Source: an uncultured Hungatella sp. (GTDB lineage: Bacteria > Bacillota > Clostridia > Lachnospirales > Lachnospiraceae). Taken from it: a stretch of 64,000 nucleotides of DNA. Positions 8,979-18,384 of this stretch are shown here, piece by piece (the stretch's first letter is position 1; each line of letters begins with the position of its first letter). A program made the position numbers and the translations under genes. The notes under the pieces were generated by a model. It saw only the letters and a program-made list of their open reading frames with translations. It was not told where the DNA came from and did not search any database. The DNA lies in contig CAJUPP010000010.1 in NCBI GenBank assembly GCA_910588325.1, positions 2,454 through 66,453 on the forward strand, read 5' to 3'.

Positions 8979-10943
8979 CTATTCTTCCTCTAATAATTTC
9001 AAGAACTCTTCCTCCGACAAAATAGGAATCCCCAGTTCTCTGGCCTTTTTGTTTTTGGACGAAGCGGATTTTATATCATTGTTAATCAGGTAAGTGGTCT
9101 TGGCGGAGACGCTTCCTGCTGCCTTTCCGCCTTTGGACTCAATCAATTCCTGAAGCTCCTTTCGGTTGGAAAAATGCTCCAGGGAACCGGTGATAACAAA
9201 AGTCATTCCTTCAAATGTGTTCTCCTGCTGTGACTCTACTGCCTTCTCAATATCCAGCTCTGCCAGAAGGCGTACTACCATATCTCTGTTTTTTTCCGAT
9301 GCAAAGTATTGACACCAGCCCTGTGCCAGAACATTGCCGATCCCTTCAATTTCAGTCAGTTCCTCTGCCTGTGCATCCTCCATCGCCTGAAAATCATACC
9401 GAAAATGACAGCACAGCATCTTGGCATTGGCCAGTCCGATACCGGCCACTCCCAAGCCGTAAACTACTCGCACCAGGGTCGTATGAGACGCCTGTTTCAC
9501 CGCCTGAATCAGATTTTCATAGGATTTTTCCCCGAACCCTTCCATGGACACAATCTCTTCCTTATAGCGGTCCAGATGAAAAATATCTGCAAATTCTTTT
9601 ATAAAACCAGCATTGATAAATTTCTCTAAAGTAGCTTCGGAAAGCCCGTCAATATTCAGCGCGTCCCGGCTGACCAGAAGCGTAAAGCTTTTTATCTTTT
9701 TCGCCTGACATTCCGGATTCATACAGTACAATGCCTTTACGTCATTCATCTGCTGAATCTTCGTCTCACCTCCGCAGACCGGACAATGTGTGGGGATGTT
9801 TTTCACCCCGCTTCTGGTTAAGTTGTCGGCAATCTGGGGGATAATCATGTTGGCCTTGTAGACGGTAATGGTATCTCCCTCTCCCAGTTCCAGCCCCTCC
9901 ATAATACTGATATTGTGGACGCTGGCCCGGCTGACTGTAGTTCCTTCCAGTTCCACCGGTTCAAATACGGCCACCGGATTGATTAATCCTGTCCGTGAGG
10001 AACTCCAGTCAATATAGGAAAGCTTTGTCTCCCTGATTTCATCCGCCCACTTAAAGGCAATGGAATTCCGCGGAAATTTGGCCGTCCGGCCCAGGGACTC
10101 TCCATAGGCAATATCCTCGAAGGTCAGCACCAGTCCGTCGGAAGGAATGTCATAGCTTTGGATTGAGTCTGCAAAATATTTCACCTTTTCCGGAAGATTT
10201 CCGGCAGTTACCATCTGATGCTCCACTACCTCAAAGCCCTGAGACTTAAGCCATGAAAACTGACGGCTTCTGAAATTTTCAAAGTCCATCCCCTCTGCCG
10301 AAACCAGGGCAAATATCATACAGTTTACATGACGCATTGCCGTAATCTGGCTGTTTAACTGGCGCACAGAGCCGGAACAAAGATTTCTGGGGTTTTTATA
10401 TTTCGCGTCTACATCTTCAATCTCCTCATTCATTTTCTCGAAATCGGAGTAGCGGATAACCGCCTCTCCCCGCAGTACCAGCTGTCCGGTAAAGGCAATT
10501 TTCAGAGGAATATTTTCAAAGGTTTTGGTATTGTTGGTTATGACCTCTCCGATCTCCCCGTTGCCCCGGGTCACTGCTTTTCTGAGATTCCCGCCTTCGT
10601 ATGTCAAAACCACAGTAAGACCGTCCAGCTTCCAGGACAAAAGCCCTTCCTGGTCCCCCAGCCATTCCTGCAGGGCAGATACCTCTTTTGTCTTGTCCAG
10701 TGAAAGCATAGGACTTGGATGGGGTTCCTTGGGAAGCTCGCTTAAAACCTCATAGCCTACCTTCTGAGTAGGGCTACCCGCCAAGACAACCCCGGTCTCT
10801 TTTTCTAAAGCCGTCAGCTGATCGTACAGCTGATCGTACTCAAAATTGCTGATGATTTCCCGGCTTTCCTGGTAATAGGCTTTGGCTGCCTGGGAAAGAG
10901 AGGACACCAGTTCCTTCATTTGGGCAATCTTATTCTCTTCCAT
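8979..10943 (-). CDS. ligA: NAD-dependent DNA ligase
   Basis: LigA domains are readable: adenylation region around KLDG, OB fold, the four-Cys zinc finger (HCPVCGG...C.NP.C), HhH repeats and a C-terminal BRCT. Likely start is ATG at 10943; the track ORF extends to 11042. Confidence 0.95.
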   Translation of the reverse strand: MEENKIAQMKELVSSLSQAAKAYYQESREIISNFEYDQLYDQLTALEKETGVVLAGSPTQKVGYEVLSELPKEPHPSPMLSLDKTKEVSALQEWLGDQEGLLSWKLDGLTVVLTYEGGNLRKAVTRGNGEIGEVITNNTKTFENIPLKIAFTGQLVLRGEAVIRYSDFEKMNEEIEDVDAKYKNPRNLCSGSVRQLNSQITAMRHVNCMIFALVSAEGMDFENFRSRQFSWLKSQGFEVVEHQMVTAGNLPEKVKYFADSIQSYDIPSDGLVLTFEDIAYGESLGRTAKFPRNSIAFKWADEIRETKLSYIDWSSSRTGLINPVAVFEPVELEGTTVSRASVHNISIMEGLELGEGDTITVYKANMIIPQIADNLTRSGVKNIPTHCPVCGGETKIQQMNDVKALYCMNPECQAKKIKSFTLLVSRDALNIDGLSEATLEKFINAGFIKEFADIFHLDRYKEEIVSMEGFGEKSYENLIQAVKQASHTTLVRVVYGLGVAGIGLANAKMLCCHFRYDFQAMEDAQAEELTEIEGIGNVLAQGWCQYFASEKNRDMVVRLLAELDIEKAVESQQENTFEGMTFVITGSLEHFSNRKELQELIESKGGKAAGSVSAKTTYLINNDIKSASSKNKKARELGIPILSEEEFLKLLEEE

Positions 10944-11054
10944 GTTTTCGTCATTCCTTTCCAAGATACATATGTCTCTCTGCTTTTTGCCCCAGGTTCT
11001 CAAGATTCGCTTTGTACCTGATTCTATGGCATAGGATGCCATGTTTATCAGGTA

Positions 11055-11876
11055 TTATCCCCTGGAATCCTGAAGCAGTTTTAGCAGCTTTTCATATTCT
11101 TCGGCCGTAACTTTCCGGTATGTCCCGGTCTTTAAGTTTCCCAGTTTCAGGTTCATGATCCGGACGCGTTTCAGTCCCACCACATTGCAGTGAAGGGCCT
11201 GGCACATCCGCCGGATCTGACGGTTCAGACCCTGGGTCAGGGTAATCCTGAATTCAGTCCTTCCCGTGACCTCCACCTTGCAGGGCCTGGTCATTGTGTG
11301 CAGTTCTTCCAGCCATACTCCTGCACGCATTTTCTTCAGGAATTCTTTTGTCACAGGTTTATTAATGGTAACCATGTATTCCTTTTCATGGGCGTTGGCG
11401 GCGCGCATGATTTTATTGACCAGGTCTCCCTGATTGGTCATAAGAATCAGACCCTCGGAATCTTTGTCCAGCCTTCCGATGGGATATACCCGCTCCGGAT
11501 ACTCTACCAGCTGTACAATATTCATGGCCCTGTCTTTTTCCGATGTGGTGCAGACGACGCCTCTTGGCTTATTGACAACCAGAAGGATGGGCTTTGGCTT
11601 TTTCTTCTGGCTGTCCGCGCTTCCTATCAGTTTTCCGTCACAGACTATCCTCTGTCCCGGGCTGATCTTCATGCCGGCTGATGCGGTCTGGCCATCTACG
11701 GACACTTTTCCATCTTCAATCAGGCGATCCGCTTCACGTCTGGAACAGATGCCCATCTCGCTTAAGTATTTATTCAAACGGATTGTTATATCTTTCTGGT
11801 TTGAAATTTGGCCCTGGTTATTCTTTAGGTTGTTGTTTCGGTTATTATTCTGATATGCCATATTGTAATTTTTCAA
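11055..11876 (-). CDS. rluF: 23S rRNA pseudouridine synthase, RluF-like (RsuA family with S4 domain)
   Basis: S4 domain LNKYLSEMGICSRREADRLIEDGKV, catalytic motif PIGRLDKDSEGLILMTNQGDL, and GLNRQIRRMC. N-rich low-complexity N-terminus. Confidence 0.85.
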   Translation of the reverse strand: MKNYNMAYQNNNRNNNLKNNQGQISNQKDITIRLNKYLSEMGICSRREADRLIEDGKVSVDGQTASAGMKISPGQRIVCDGKLIGSADSQKKKPKPILLVVNKPRGVVCTTSEKDRAMNIVQLVEYPERVYPIGRLDKDSEGLILMTNQGDLVNKIMRAANAHEKEYMVTINKPVTKEFLKKMRAGVWLEELHTMTRPCKVEVTGRTEFRITLTQGLNRQIRRMCQALHCNVVGLKRVRIMNLKLGNLKTGTYRKVTAEEYEKLLKLLQDSRG

Positions 11877-11920
11877 TCCTTTTTATCGTTTTACATTCTG
11901 TATGGAATATACATTTAATT

Positions 11921-11949
11921 ATTATACCACTGCCGAAAATGTATCTCAA
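11921..11949 (-). promoter_or_regulatory. sigma-A type promoter for rluF
   Basis: The minus strand reads TTGAGA-N17-TATAAT, with a TG dinucleotide giving an extended -10 (TGGTATAAT), about 45 nt upstream of the rluF ATG. Confidence 0.55.
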
Positions 11950-12035
11950 TCTATTTTTTGCGGCCTGGGTTTGTCTGTCGGCCTCCCCATTCTCTTTTTG
12001 AAAAGTAGCGCAGTTTTTATTTTTTCTTAAACCCA

Positions 12036-12067
12036 TGAAAAAGCCGAAGATCAACGATTCTCCGGCT
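12036..12067 (-). terminator. putative intrinsic terminator after queA
   Basis: Minus strand AGCCGGAGA-loop-TCTTCGGCT (8 bp, 1 mismatch) followed by TTTT, 45 nt downstream of the queA stop. Confidence 0.45.
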
Positions 12068-12111
12068 TATTTCCTCAATATTTACTTGTTTACAAATGTG
12101 CGAAAACGGTG

Positions 12112-13137
12112 TTAGTAGATAAACATCGCATCCCCAAAGCTAAAGAACCGATATCTCTCCCTGATTGCCTCCTGGTATGCGTTCAGCACATGCTCTCGCC
12201 CTGCCAGTGCGGATACCAGCATAACCAGCGTAGATTCCGGAAGATGGAAATTGGTAATCAGTGCATCCAAAACTTTAAACCCATATCCCGGATAGATAAA
12301 TATCTCTGTCCAGCCGCTCCCGGCCTTCACGGTTCCGTCTTCCTTTGCCGCAGACTCTATAGTTCTGCAGCTGGTGGTTCCTACACAGATAACACGGCCT
12401 CCCCGACGTTTCGCATCATTGATTTTCCCAGCTTCCTCTTCCTCTATCATGTAAAATTCCGAGTGCATATGATGATCCAGTATATTCTCTACTTTCACCG
12501 GACGGAATGTTCCCAGACCTACGTGGAGAGTCACATGAGCAATGGTCACTCCCATTTGTTCAATCTGCGTCAGCAGTTCTTTTGTAAAATGAAGCCCTGC
12601 CGTAGGTGCTGCCGCAGAACCATCATGTTTTGCATATACGGTCTGGTAACGATTCTTATCTTTTAACTGGTGGGTAATATAAGGAGGCAAAGGCATCTGT
12701 CCCAATCGGTCCAGTATCTCTTCAAAAATCCCTTCATAGGAAAATTGAATCAGACGATTTCCTTCTTCTACCACATCGATTACGGTTCCTTTCAGTAAAC
12801 CGTTTCCAAAGGAAATCACTGTCCCAGGTTTTGCCTTCTTTCCCGGCTTTACCAGAGTCTCCCATATATTATTCTCTCTTCGCTTTAAAAGAAGAACCTC
12901 AATCTTGGCCTCCGTGTCCTCTTTTATACCAAACAGCCTGGCCGGAATCACTCTGGTATCATTGATTACAAGGCAGTCACCCTTTTTTAAGTAAGATATG
13001 ATATCGCGAAATCCCCTATGTTCTATCTCCCCGGTATTCTTATCCAGCACCAGGAGCCGGGACGCAGAACGATCTTCCAACGGGTCTTGAGCGATCAGTT
13101 CCTCCGGCAACTCAAAATTAAAATCCGTTACGTTCAA
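12112..13137 (-). CDS. queA: S-adenosylmethionine:tRNA ribosyltransferase-isomerase
   Basis: QueA N-terminus ([16 protein letters not shown]...R..SRLLVL) and full-length similarity. Likely TTG start at 13137, preceded by AAAGGAGA; the track ORF extends to 13173. Confidence 0.95.
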   Translation of the reverse strand: MNVTDFNFELPEELIAQDPLEDRSASRLLVLDKNTGEIEHRGFRDIISYLKKGDCLVINDTRVIPARLFGIKEDTEAKIEVLLLKRRENNIWETLVKPGKKAKPGTVISFGNGLLKGTVIDVVEEGNRLIQFSYEGIFEEILDRLGQMPLPPYITHQLKDKNRYQTVYAKHDGSAAAPTAGLHFTKELLTQIEQMGVTIAHVTLHVGLGTFRPVKVENILDHHMHSEFYMIEEEEAGKINDAKRRGGRVICVGTTSCRTIESAAKEDGTVKAGSGWTEIFIYPGYGFKVLDALITNFHLPESTLVMLVSALAGREHVLNAYQEAIRERYRFFSFGDAMFIY

Positions 13138-13215
13138 AGATTTCTCCTTTCTGACACATCCAAAAGCAGCCAAAAGTCTCCCCCCTTCGACTGCTTTTAC
13201 ATATAATGTATGAAA

Positions 13216-13575
13216 TTATGTACTAGACTCCTCCTGCATTTCTGCAGCAAGCCCTCCATGGTCCATCTGGTAACGACGGTATATTTTGGGACCATACATG
13301 ATTCCCATAAGCACAAAAAACAGAACGACCAGCGCGACTCCTCTTTTCCAACCGTAAGGCTCCCACCCTGTTTTTTTAGGCTCCTCTTTCCGCACAGGCT
13401 CATATGCAATCCTTTGGGGCACAGGTTTCAGTTCAAGTTCTTCTTTGCCTGTTTCCTCTGAGACCTTCCACTGTATGGCATATCGGGTATGGCACTGTTC
13501 ACATGTCTCGATGTTGTGATTCTGTTTATCAATCTCCAACACTCCCCCACATGACGGGCATCTTAATTCTGTCAT
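13216..13575 (-). CDS. zinc-ribbon membrane protein, function unknown
   Basis: 119 aa. CPSCGG...CEQCH zinc ribbon, charged linker, and one TM (GVALVVLFFVLMGIMYG). Confidence 0.6.
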   Translation of the reverse strand: MTELRCPSCGGVLEIDKQNHNIETCEQCHTRYAIQWKVSEETGKEELELKPVPQRIAYEPVRKEEPKKTGWEPYGWKRGVALVVLFFVLMGIMYGPKIYRRYQMDHGGLAAEMQEESST

Positions 13576-13621
13576 AGCTTCCTCCGTTTTAAGTCAAAAT
13601 TTTTTCAAAACCTTTTGCCGC

Positions 13622-14386
13622 CTACGTTCTCCCATAAACCTGTTTATGAAGAGCAATCACCTCATCCAGCCCTCTCACCGCGTCATACTCTTTTCCTTCG
13701 TAGGCAAAGTGGTGTTCTGTAATGATTTTAGGATTGCGCTCCCCGACAAGTTTCACAATCTCCAGGCTGGCCTTCTCCGGGGGACTGTCCTGCAAAAATC
13801 CATACTCGCCGTTTAAGGGATAGGCAACCAAAGCCCTGTCATACCCGCCATCCTGGCAAAGATACTTCTTCGTATAAAAGCAAGCCACCATGTCGTCAAG
13901 CCGGAAAACACAGGAACTGAGTCCGGGAAATTTAATATAGTTTTTGGTGATAAAGCCAATCCTCTTCAGACTGTTGGTATCTTTTCCCTTATCCAGAGAA
14001 AATAATACGGTATCCGGCTGCCTGAATTCCTGGTCAATCTGATAAACCTCCTGCTCTCCCATCTTACTCTGTTCCATGTACGCCTTTATCCAGCCGCTTT
14101 CTTTTTTCTTCTGCATATGACTCCCCAGCACGATCAAAAGGATACTGGGAACAATAATTATGGCTGCCATTCTTATGGCTGACGCTGTCCCTATGGTGTT
14201 AGCCAAAGCTGCTGCCAGCATAATGCTGATTCCGACCAACATAGCTCCCATAGCAATCAATCCTTTTCCGACGCCTGTGGCACTGTACATAAACTGCAGC
14301 ACACTGCCGTTTTTTGACATTTTCCGTTTCAATTTATCATCCGGAACCAATACCATTTCCTTTCCCTCCTGCCGTATGTAATTCAT
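13622..14386 (-). CDS. two-TM membrane protein with cytoplasmic C-terminal domain, function unknown
   Basis: 254 aa. Two hydrophobic helices (aa ~40-90), then a ~160-aa soluble domain. No motif that I recognise. Confidence 0.6.
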   Translation of the reverse strand: MNYIRQEGKEMVLVPDDKLKRKMSKNGSVLQFMYSATGVGKGLIAMGAMLVGISIMLAAALANTIGTASAIRMAAIIIVPSILLIVLGSHMQKKKESGWIKAYMEQSKMGEQEVYQIDQEFRQPDTVLFSLDKGKDTNSLKRIGFITKNYIKFPGLSSCVFRLDDMVACFYTKKYLCQDGGYDRALVAYPLNGEYGFLQDSPPEKASLEIVKLVGERNPKIITEHHFAYEGKEYDAVRGLDEVIALHKQVYGRT

Positions 14387-14517
14387 ACATTGTATGTTAC
14401 ACTTTTGAAATATTATATATCATGCAAAGATATACAGCAATACTCTTTGAATGCTTTTTCCGGGTATTTTTAAATATGATTTGGGCTGAGGAACATTGTA
14501 TTTTTTCAAATTTTCAC

Positions 14518-14546
14518 TTGCATACTTGGCAAGATTATAGTATTAT
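14518..14546 (+). promoter_or_regulatory. sigma-A type promoter for tRNA-Arg
   Basis: TTGCAT-N17-TATTAT ends 9 nt before the first tRNA nucleotide. Confidence 0.5.
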
Positions 14547-14555
14547 ATAAGAGAT

Positions 14556-14627
14556 GCGTCTGTAGCTCAGTGGATAGAGCAGTGGCCTCCGGAGCCGCGT
14601 GCGTAGGTTCGATTCCTATCAGACGCA
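14556..14627 (+). tRNA. tRNA-Arg (anticodon CCG)
   Basis: Cloverleaf folded by hand: acceptor GCGTCTG/CAGACGC, D arm GCTC-AGTGGATA-GAGC, anticodon stem GTGGC/GCCGC with loop CTCCGGA, T arm GTAGG-TTCGATT-CCTAT, discriminator A. CCA is not encoded. Followed by a T7 run. Confidence 0.9.
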
Positions 14628-14821
14628 TTTTTTTGTTGTCCTGGGAAAAATGTGGAAAATGCTTCCGTTTTTCTGTACCTTTTCAATTAATCCGGGGAAC
14701 TGGTGGAGCTTTGGGAACGGCAGATATTGGAAGCAAGGCATAGAGGAAGACTTTGACCGGGAATACAGCGGCAGGGATGTCTGCAGACCATGAAGAACCC
14801 GAGAAAGGCAGAAAGGAGAAG

Positions 14822-14865
14822 AAAAAACGGGCAGGTGTCCCAAAATCAAAAATGGGACACCCTGG
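14822..14865 (-). terminator. intrinsic terminator after the GH3 gene
   Basis: Minus strand CAGGGTGTCCCA-loop-TGGGACACCTG followed by CCCGTTTTTT. Confidence 0.55.
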
Positions 14866-14943
14866 TTAAAGTTGCCCTCAAACAAAGGGGGAAGAGCTGG
14901 GGAAAGTCCCCTGATAACCAAGCTCATGGACTCTCCCACACCA

Positions 14944-17046
14944 TCAATATTGTATTACTGTCTCCAAAGGCCTCTGTCCCGTCAGTTCTTCACTTCTGGT
15001 ATCTGGCTGTGTGCCTCCCACATAGACGGCAAACTCTGTTCCGTCTTTGACCCTCTCACCTTGGTCATTGACCACCATAAACTGCTTCTTCGGAATAAAC
15101 AGCTCCACGGTCTGTTTCTCCCCAGCTTTTACATGAATTCGCTTAAACGCCGCCAGATGATGGTTTCTCACCTCAAACTGTGATTTGATGTCCTTCAAGT
15201 AAACCTGAATTATCTCATCACCGTCTACGTGGCCCCTATTCTCCAACGCGACAGTAACTTTTACTCCATCCTCCGCAGTGTCAATCTTCAAATCAGAATA
15301 CTGAAAGAACGTATAACTTAACCCGTATCCAAAGGGATACATGGGAGTGGTCTCCAGATATCGGTAAGTTCTTCCCTTCATGGAATAATCGGTAATAGGC
15401 GGCATACCCTCTGCCGATGCATAGAAGGTAACCGGCAGCTTTCCGGAAGGATTCACATCACCGAACAAAATCCTTGCAATCGCCAATCCGCCTTCTGCTC
15501 CGGGATACCATCCCTGAAGAATCGCTTTTACGTTGGAAGATTCCTGAAGCCATTTCAGTTCCACTGCGCTTCCCGTCATATTCACCACAATCAGATCCAC
15601 TTCTGTGTCAATCAAAGCCTTAAGAAGACGAATCTGGCTGTCCGGCAGAGCGGTGGTCGGCTTATCTGCCATGCTGGTCTCATCAAACCGGTTTCCTACG
15701 TCATGCTGTTCTCCCTCATAGCGCTCATCCAGGCCTACGCAGACTACGGCTGCACCGGCTTCTTTGGCAGCATACACTGCCTCCGACACCCTGTCATCAG
15801 GAAGGGCCAATTCCTCCACTCTGTCCTTCATGGTGTGGCATCCTTCGGAATAATGAATCCGTACGTTCTCAGCCACCATCTCGATCCCCTCCAGAACCGT
15901 GACATATCTGGGAGCCGTACCATGGTAGTTGCCGATAAGGGGCCATCTGCTGTCCGCATTGGGACCGATAACCGCCAGCTTTTTCATGGTTTTCTTAAGA
16001 GGCAGAATCCCGTCGTTTTTCAGAAGAACCACGGACTTTTCCGCCGCGTCGATCGCTGCCTGTCTGTGCTCTTTGCTGGCAATTTCCTCATAAGAAATCT
16101 TGTCATATTCGCAGTCATCCGCAAAAAGCCCCAGCCTGAACCTGGTTCTCATTGCCCTGACGGCAGCCTCCGTAATATCCTCCTCTGTTATCAGCCCCTC
16201 CTGGTACGCCTGCATAATCTTCAGATATGTATTGCCGCAGTTGATATCACATCCCATCTTAAGGGCCAGAGCTGCCGATTCCGTGGCGGTGTCTGTCACA
16301 TGATGGTTCTCATGGAAATCCTTGATTGCCCAGCAGTCTGAGGTAAAGTAGCCCTCAAAATTCCATTTTCCTCTTAAAATATCCTTCATCAAAAACTTGC
16401 TTCCGCAGCATGGCTCTCCGTTGGTTCTGTTATAAGCGCCCATGACGCCCTCTACCTTTGCCTCCTTCACACACGCCTCAAAAGCCGGCAGATAAGTCTC
16501 CCACAAATCCTTATCCGATACCTGGGCATCGAATTCATGACGCAGCTCTTCCGGACCGCTGTGTACAGCAAAATGCTTGGCACAGGCTGCAGCCTTCAGA
16601 TACTTCCCGTCACCCTGAATTCCCTTTATGAAAGCTACCCCCAGTTCCGCAGTCAGACACGGGTCCTCGCCATAGGTCTCATGGCCTCTTCCCCATCTGG
16701 GATCGCGGAAAATATTTACATTGGGAGACCATAAAGTAAGGCCCTTGTAGATATCTCTGTCATTTTCAGAAGAGTAGGCATTATACTTGGCCCTTGCCTC
16801 CGTGGAAATAATATCTCCGATCTTCTCCATCTCCTCTGAGTCAAACATGGCTGCCAGAGCAATCGACTGGGGAAACATGGTGGCTGTACCTGCCCTTGCC
16901 AGTCCGTGGAGGGCCTCATTCCACCAATGGTATCTGGGAATTCCCAATCGCGGAATCGCAGGTGCGTCAAAATTCAGCTGTGATGCCTTCTCTTCCAGGG
17001 TCATCTTGCCTACCAGTTCTCTGGCCTCTTTCTCAAAATCCGTCAT
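14944..17046 (-). CDS. glycoside hydrolase family 3 (beta-glucosidase/beta-xylosidase type)
   Basis: GH3 motifs: LTLEEKASQL, IPRLGIPRYHWWNEALHG, KHFAVHSGPE, nucleophile region GYFTSDCWAI, and a C-terminal FnIII-like domain. Likely start is ATG at 17046; the track ORF extends to 17067. Confidence 0.9.
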   Translation of the reverse strand: MTDFEKEARELVGKMTLEEKASQLNFDAPAIPRLGIPRYHWWNEALHGLARAGTATMFPQSIALAAMFDSEEMEKIGDIISTEARAKYNAYSSENDRDIYKGLTLWSPNVNIFRDPRWGRGHETYGEDPCLTAELGVAFIKGIQGDGKYLKAAACAKHFAVHSGPEELRHEFDAQVSDKDLWETYLPAFEACVKEAKVEGVMGAYNRTNGEPCCGSKFLMKDILRGKWNFEGYFTSDCWAIKDFHENHHVTDTATESAALALKMGCDINCGNTYLKIMQAYQEGLITEEDITEAAVRAMRTRFRLGLFADDCEYDKISYEEIASKEHRQAAIDAAEKSVVLLKNDGILPLKKTMKKLAVIGPNADSRWPLIGNYHGTAPRYVTVLEGIEMVAENVRIHYSEGCHTMKDRVEELALPDDRVSEAVYAAKEAGAAVVCVGLDERYEGEQHDVGNRFDETSMADKPTTALPDSQIRLLKALIDTEVDLIVVNMTGSAVELKWLQESSNVKAILQGWYPGAEGGLAIARILFGDVNPSGKLPVTFYASAEGMPPITDYSMKGRTYRYLETTPMYPFGYGLSYTFFQYSDLKIDTAEDGVKVTVALENRGHVDGDEIIQVYLKDIKSQFEVRNHHLAAFKRIHVKAGEKQTVELFIPKKQFMVVNDQGERVKDGTEFAVYVGGTQPDTRSEELTGQRPLETVIQY

Positions 17047-17146
17047 CACTCTTCCATTCCTTTCCATAGCATATTTATTATGATTTTAGTACGGCATTGC
17101 ATAGATGATCCATGGCCATCCTATTTACAATTATTATTACTGTCCT

Positions 17147-18310
17147 TTACTTATAATTTCCCACTGTGATAGCTTCTGCGGCAAAGTTCTCTACAGCAGC
17201 CGCTTTCTTATAGAAATGAACCGCATTTTTCAAGATACCATCAAACGTATAATACTCATCATCCTTTGCGATAGGCAGTCCTACCAACAGCTTCTTACAT
17301 CCGGCTTTGTAGATGGCGGTAATCAGTTCCACAGTCTTTCTTCCATCAATTCCAGTTATCATAGGACGGCCTCCGGTCTCCAGAGCCGTCAGGTAATTGT
17401 CGATCTCCCCTGTATGGCCTTCATAAGGCAGATCCGGAATTGCATTGTAGAATTCCGTAATCCTTTGGATCAGCTCCTGATTGTGCTCTTCAATGGGGAA
17501 TCCGTTAGGTCTTGTCAGCTCTGCCTTGATATCCCAAGGTGCCGCAATCTTTGCATCCGCACATTGCAGAACGATGCCCTGTTCCTCGCCGTGGTGTACA
17601 ACGGAGCTGGTCACCTCCGCAATGCTGTTGTTGCTGTAACGCAGAGCAGCCAGGGACAGATCCTCCACCTCGGAGTTATCATGCATCACATTGGTCAGCA
17701 TTGCCATAACCTCTGTGGGAAGCTCTCCCATGATCCAGTTAATCATGTCAATGTGGTGAACCGCATGGTTCAGAGTCGGACCACCGCCCTCTTTCTCCCA
17801 GAGTCCTCTCCACCACAGGTCGTAGTAGCAGTGGCCTCTCCACCACAGAGAATTCACATGGGCACAAATAATCTTTCCCGCCAGTCCGCTGTCTGCTGTC
17901 TTCTTTAACTTATAGATGGAGTTGCGGAAACGGTTCTGAGCAATACATCCCATCGTGACATGATTCCTCTCCTCTGCCTCCAGCATGGCATCGCACTCTG
18001 CCAGGCAGGTAGCCATGGGTTTCTCCACCAACACATTCATCCCCGCGTCCATAGAATGGATGGCAATTTCCGCGTGAACATAGGGCGGAGTACACACATG
18101 GACTATATCAATGTCCGGCATGGCCTCAATCATTTTCTGATGGTCATCAAATATTTCACAGTCCAGATGGTAGTGCTCCTTCATCCTCTCTGCCTTCTCC
18201 GGATAAATATCGCAGAGCGCCACAATCTTCACTCTCTCCGGAAATTCCAGAAGCCCCATAACATGCTGCGGGGCAATATTACCCGTACCAACAATTGCTG
18301 CTTTTAACAT
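17147..18310 (-). CDS. Gfo/Idh/MocA family NAD(P)-dependent oxidoreductase
   Basis: Rossmann N-terminus LKAAIVGTGNIA, EKP motif (VLVEKPMA), and the C-terminal alpha/beta domain of the family. Likely start is ATG at 18310 after GGAGGAAATT. Confidence 0.85.
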   Translation of the reverse strand: MLKAAIVGTGNIAPQHVMGLLEFPERVKIVALCDIYPEKAERMKEHYHLDCEIFDDHQKMIEAMPDIDIVHVCTPPYVHAEIAIHSMDAGMNVLVEKPMATCLAECDAMLEAEERNHVTMGCIAQNRFRNSIYKLKKTADSGLAGKIICAHVNSLWWRGHCYYDLWWRGLWEKEGGGPTLNHAVHHIDMINWIMGELPTEVMAMLTNVMHDNSEVEDLSLAALRYSNNSIAEVTSSVVHHGEEQGIVLQCADAKIAAPWDIKAELTRPNGFPIEEHNQELIQRITEFYNAIPDLPYEGHTGEIDNYLTALETGGRPMITGIDGRKTVELITAIYKAGCKKLLVGLPIAKDDEYYTFDGILKNAVHFYKKAAAVENFAAEAITVGNYK

Positions 18311-18384
18311 AATTTCCTCCATTCTGTGCGCGTTTCACAGCATTGCATGCCCCGTTTTACCGGGCGCAAACAGGTATGCGCATC

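Noticed and set aside
10944-11042. N-terminal extensions implied by the track ORF starts. Examples: ligA to 11042, queA to 13173, GH3 to 17067, GntR to 19092, oxidoreductase to 20284, SBP to 30160, SDR to 57485, GH105 from 46382.
   Set aside because: In each case an internal ATG/TTG/GTG preceded by a strong GGAGG-type RBS coincides with the conserved family N-terminus. The extensions are just open frame upstream of the real start.
14599-14939. ORFs of 64 aa (+) and 106 aa (-) in the tRNA-GH3 spacer.
   Set aside because: One starts inside the tRNA gene. Both lack an RBS and cross the GH3 terminator. The purine-rich spacer is better treated as non-coding, though a very old gene remnant cannot be excluded.
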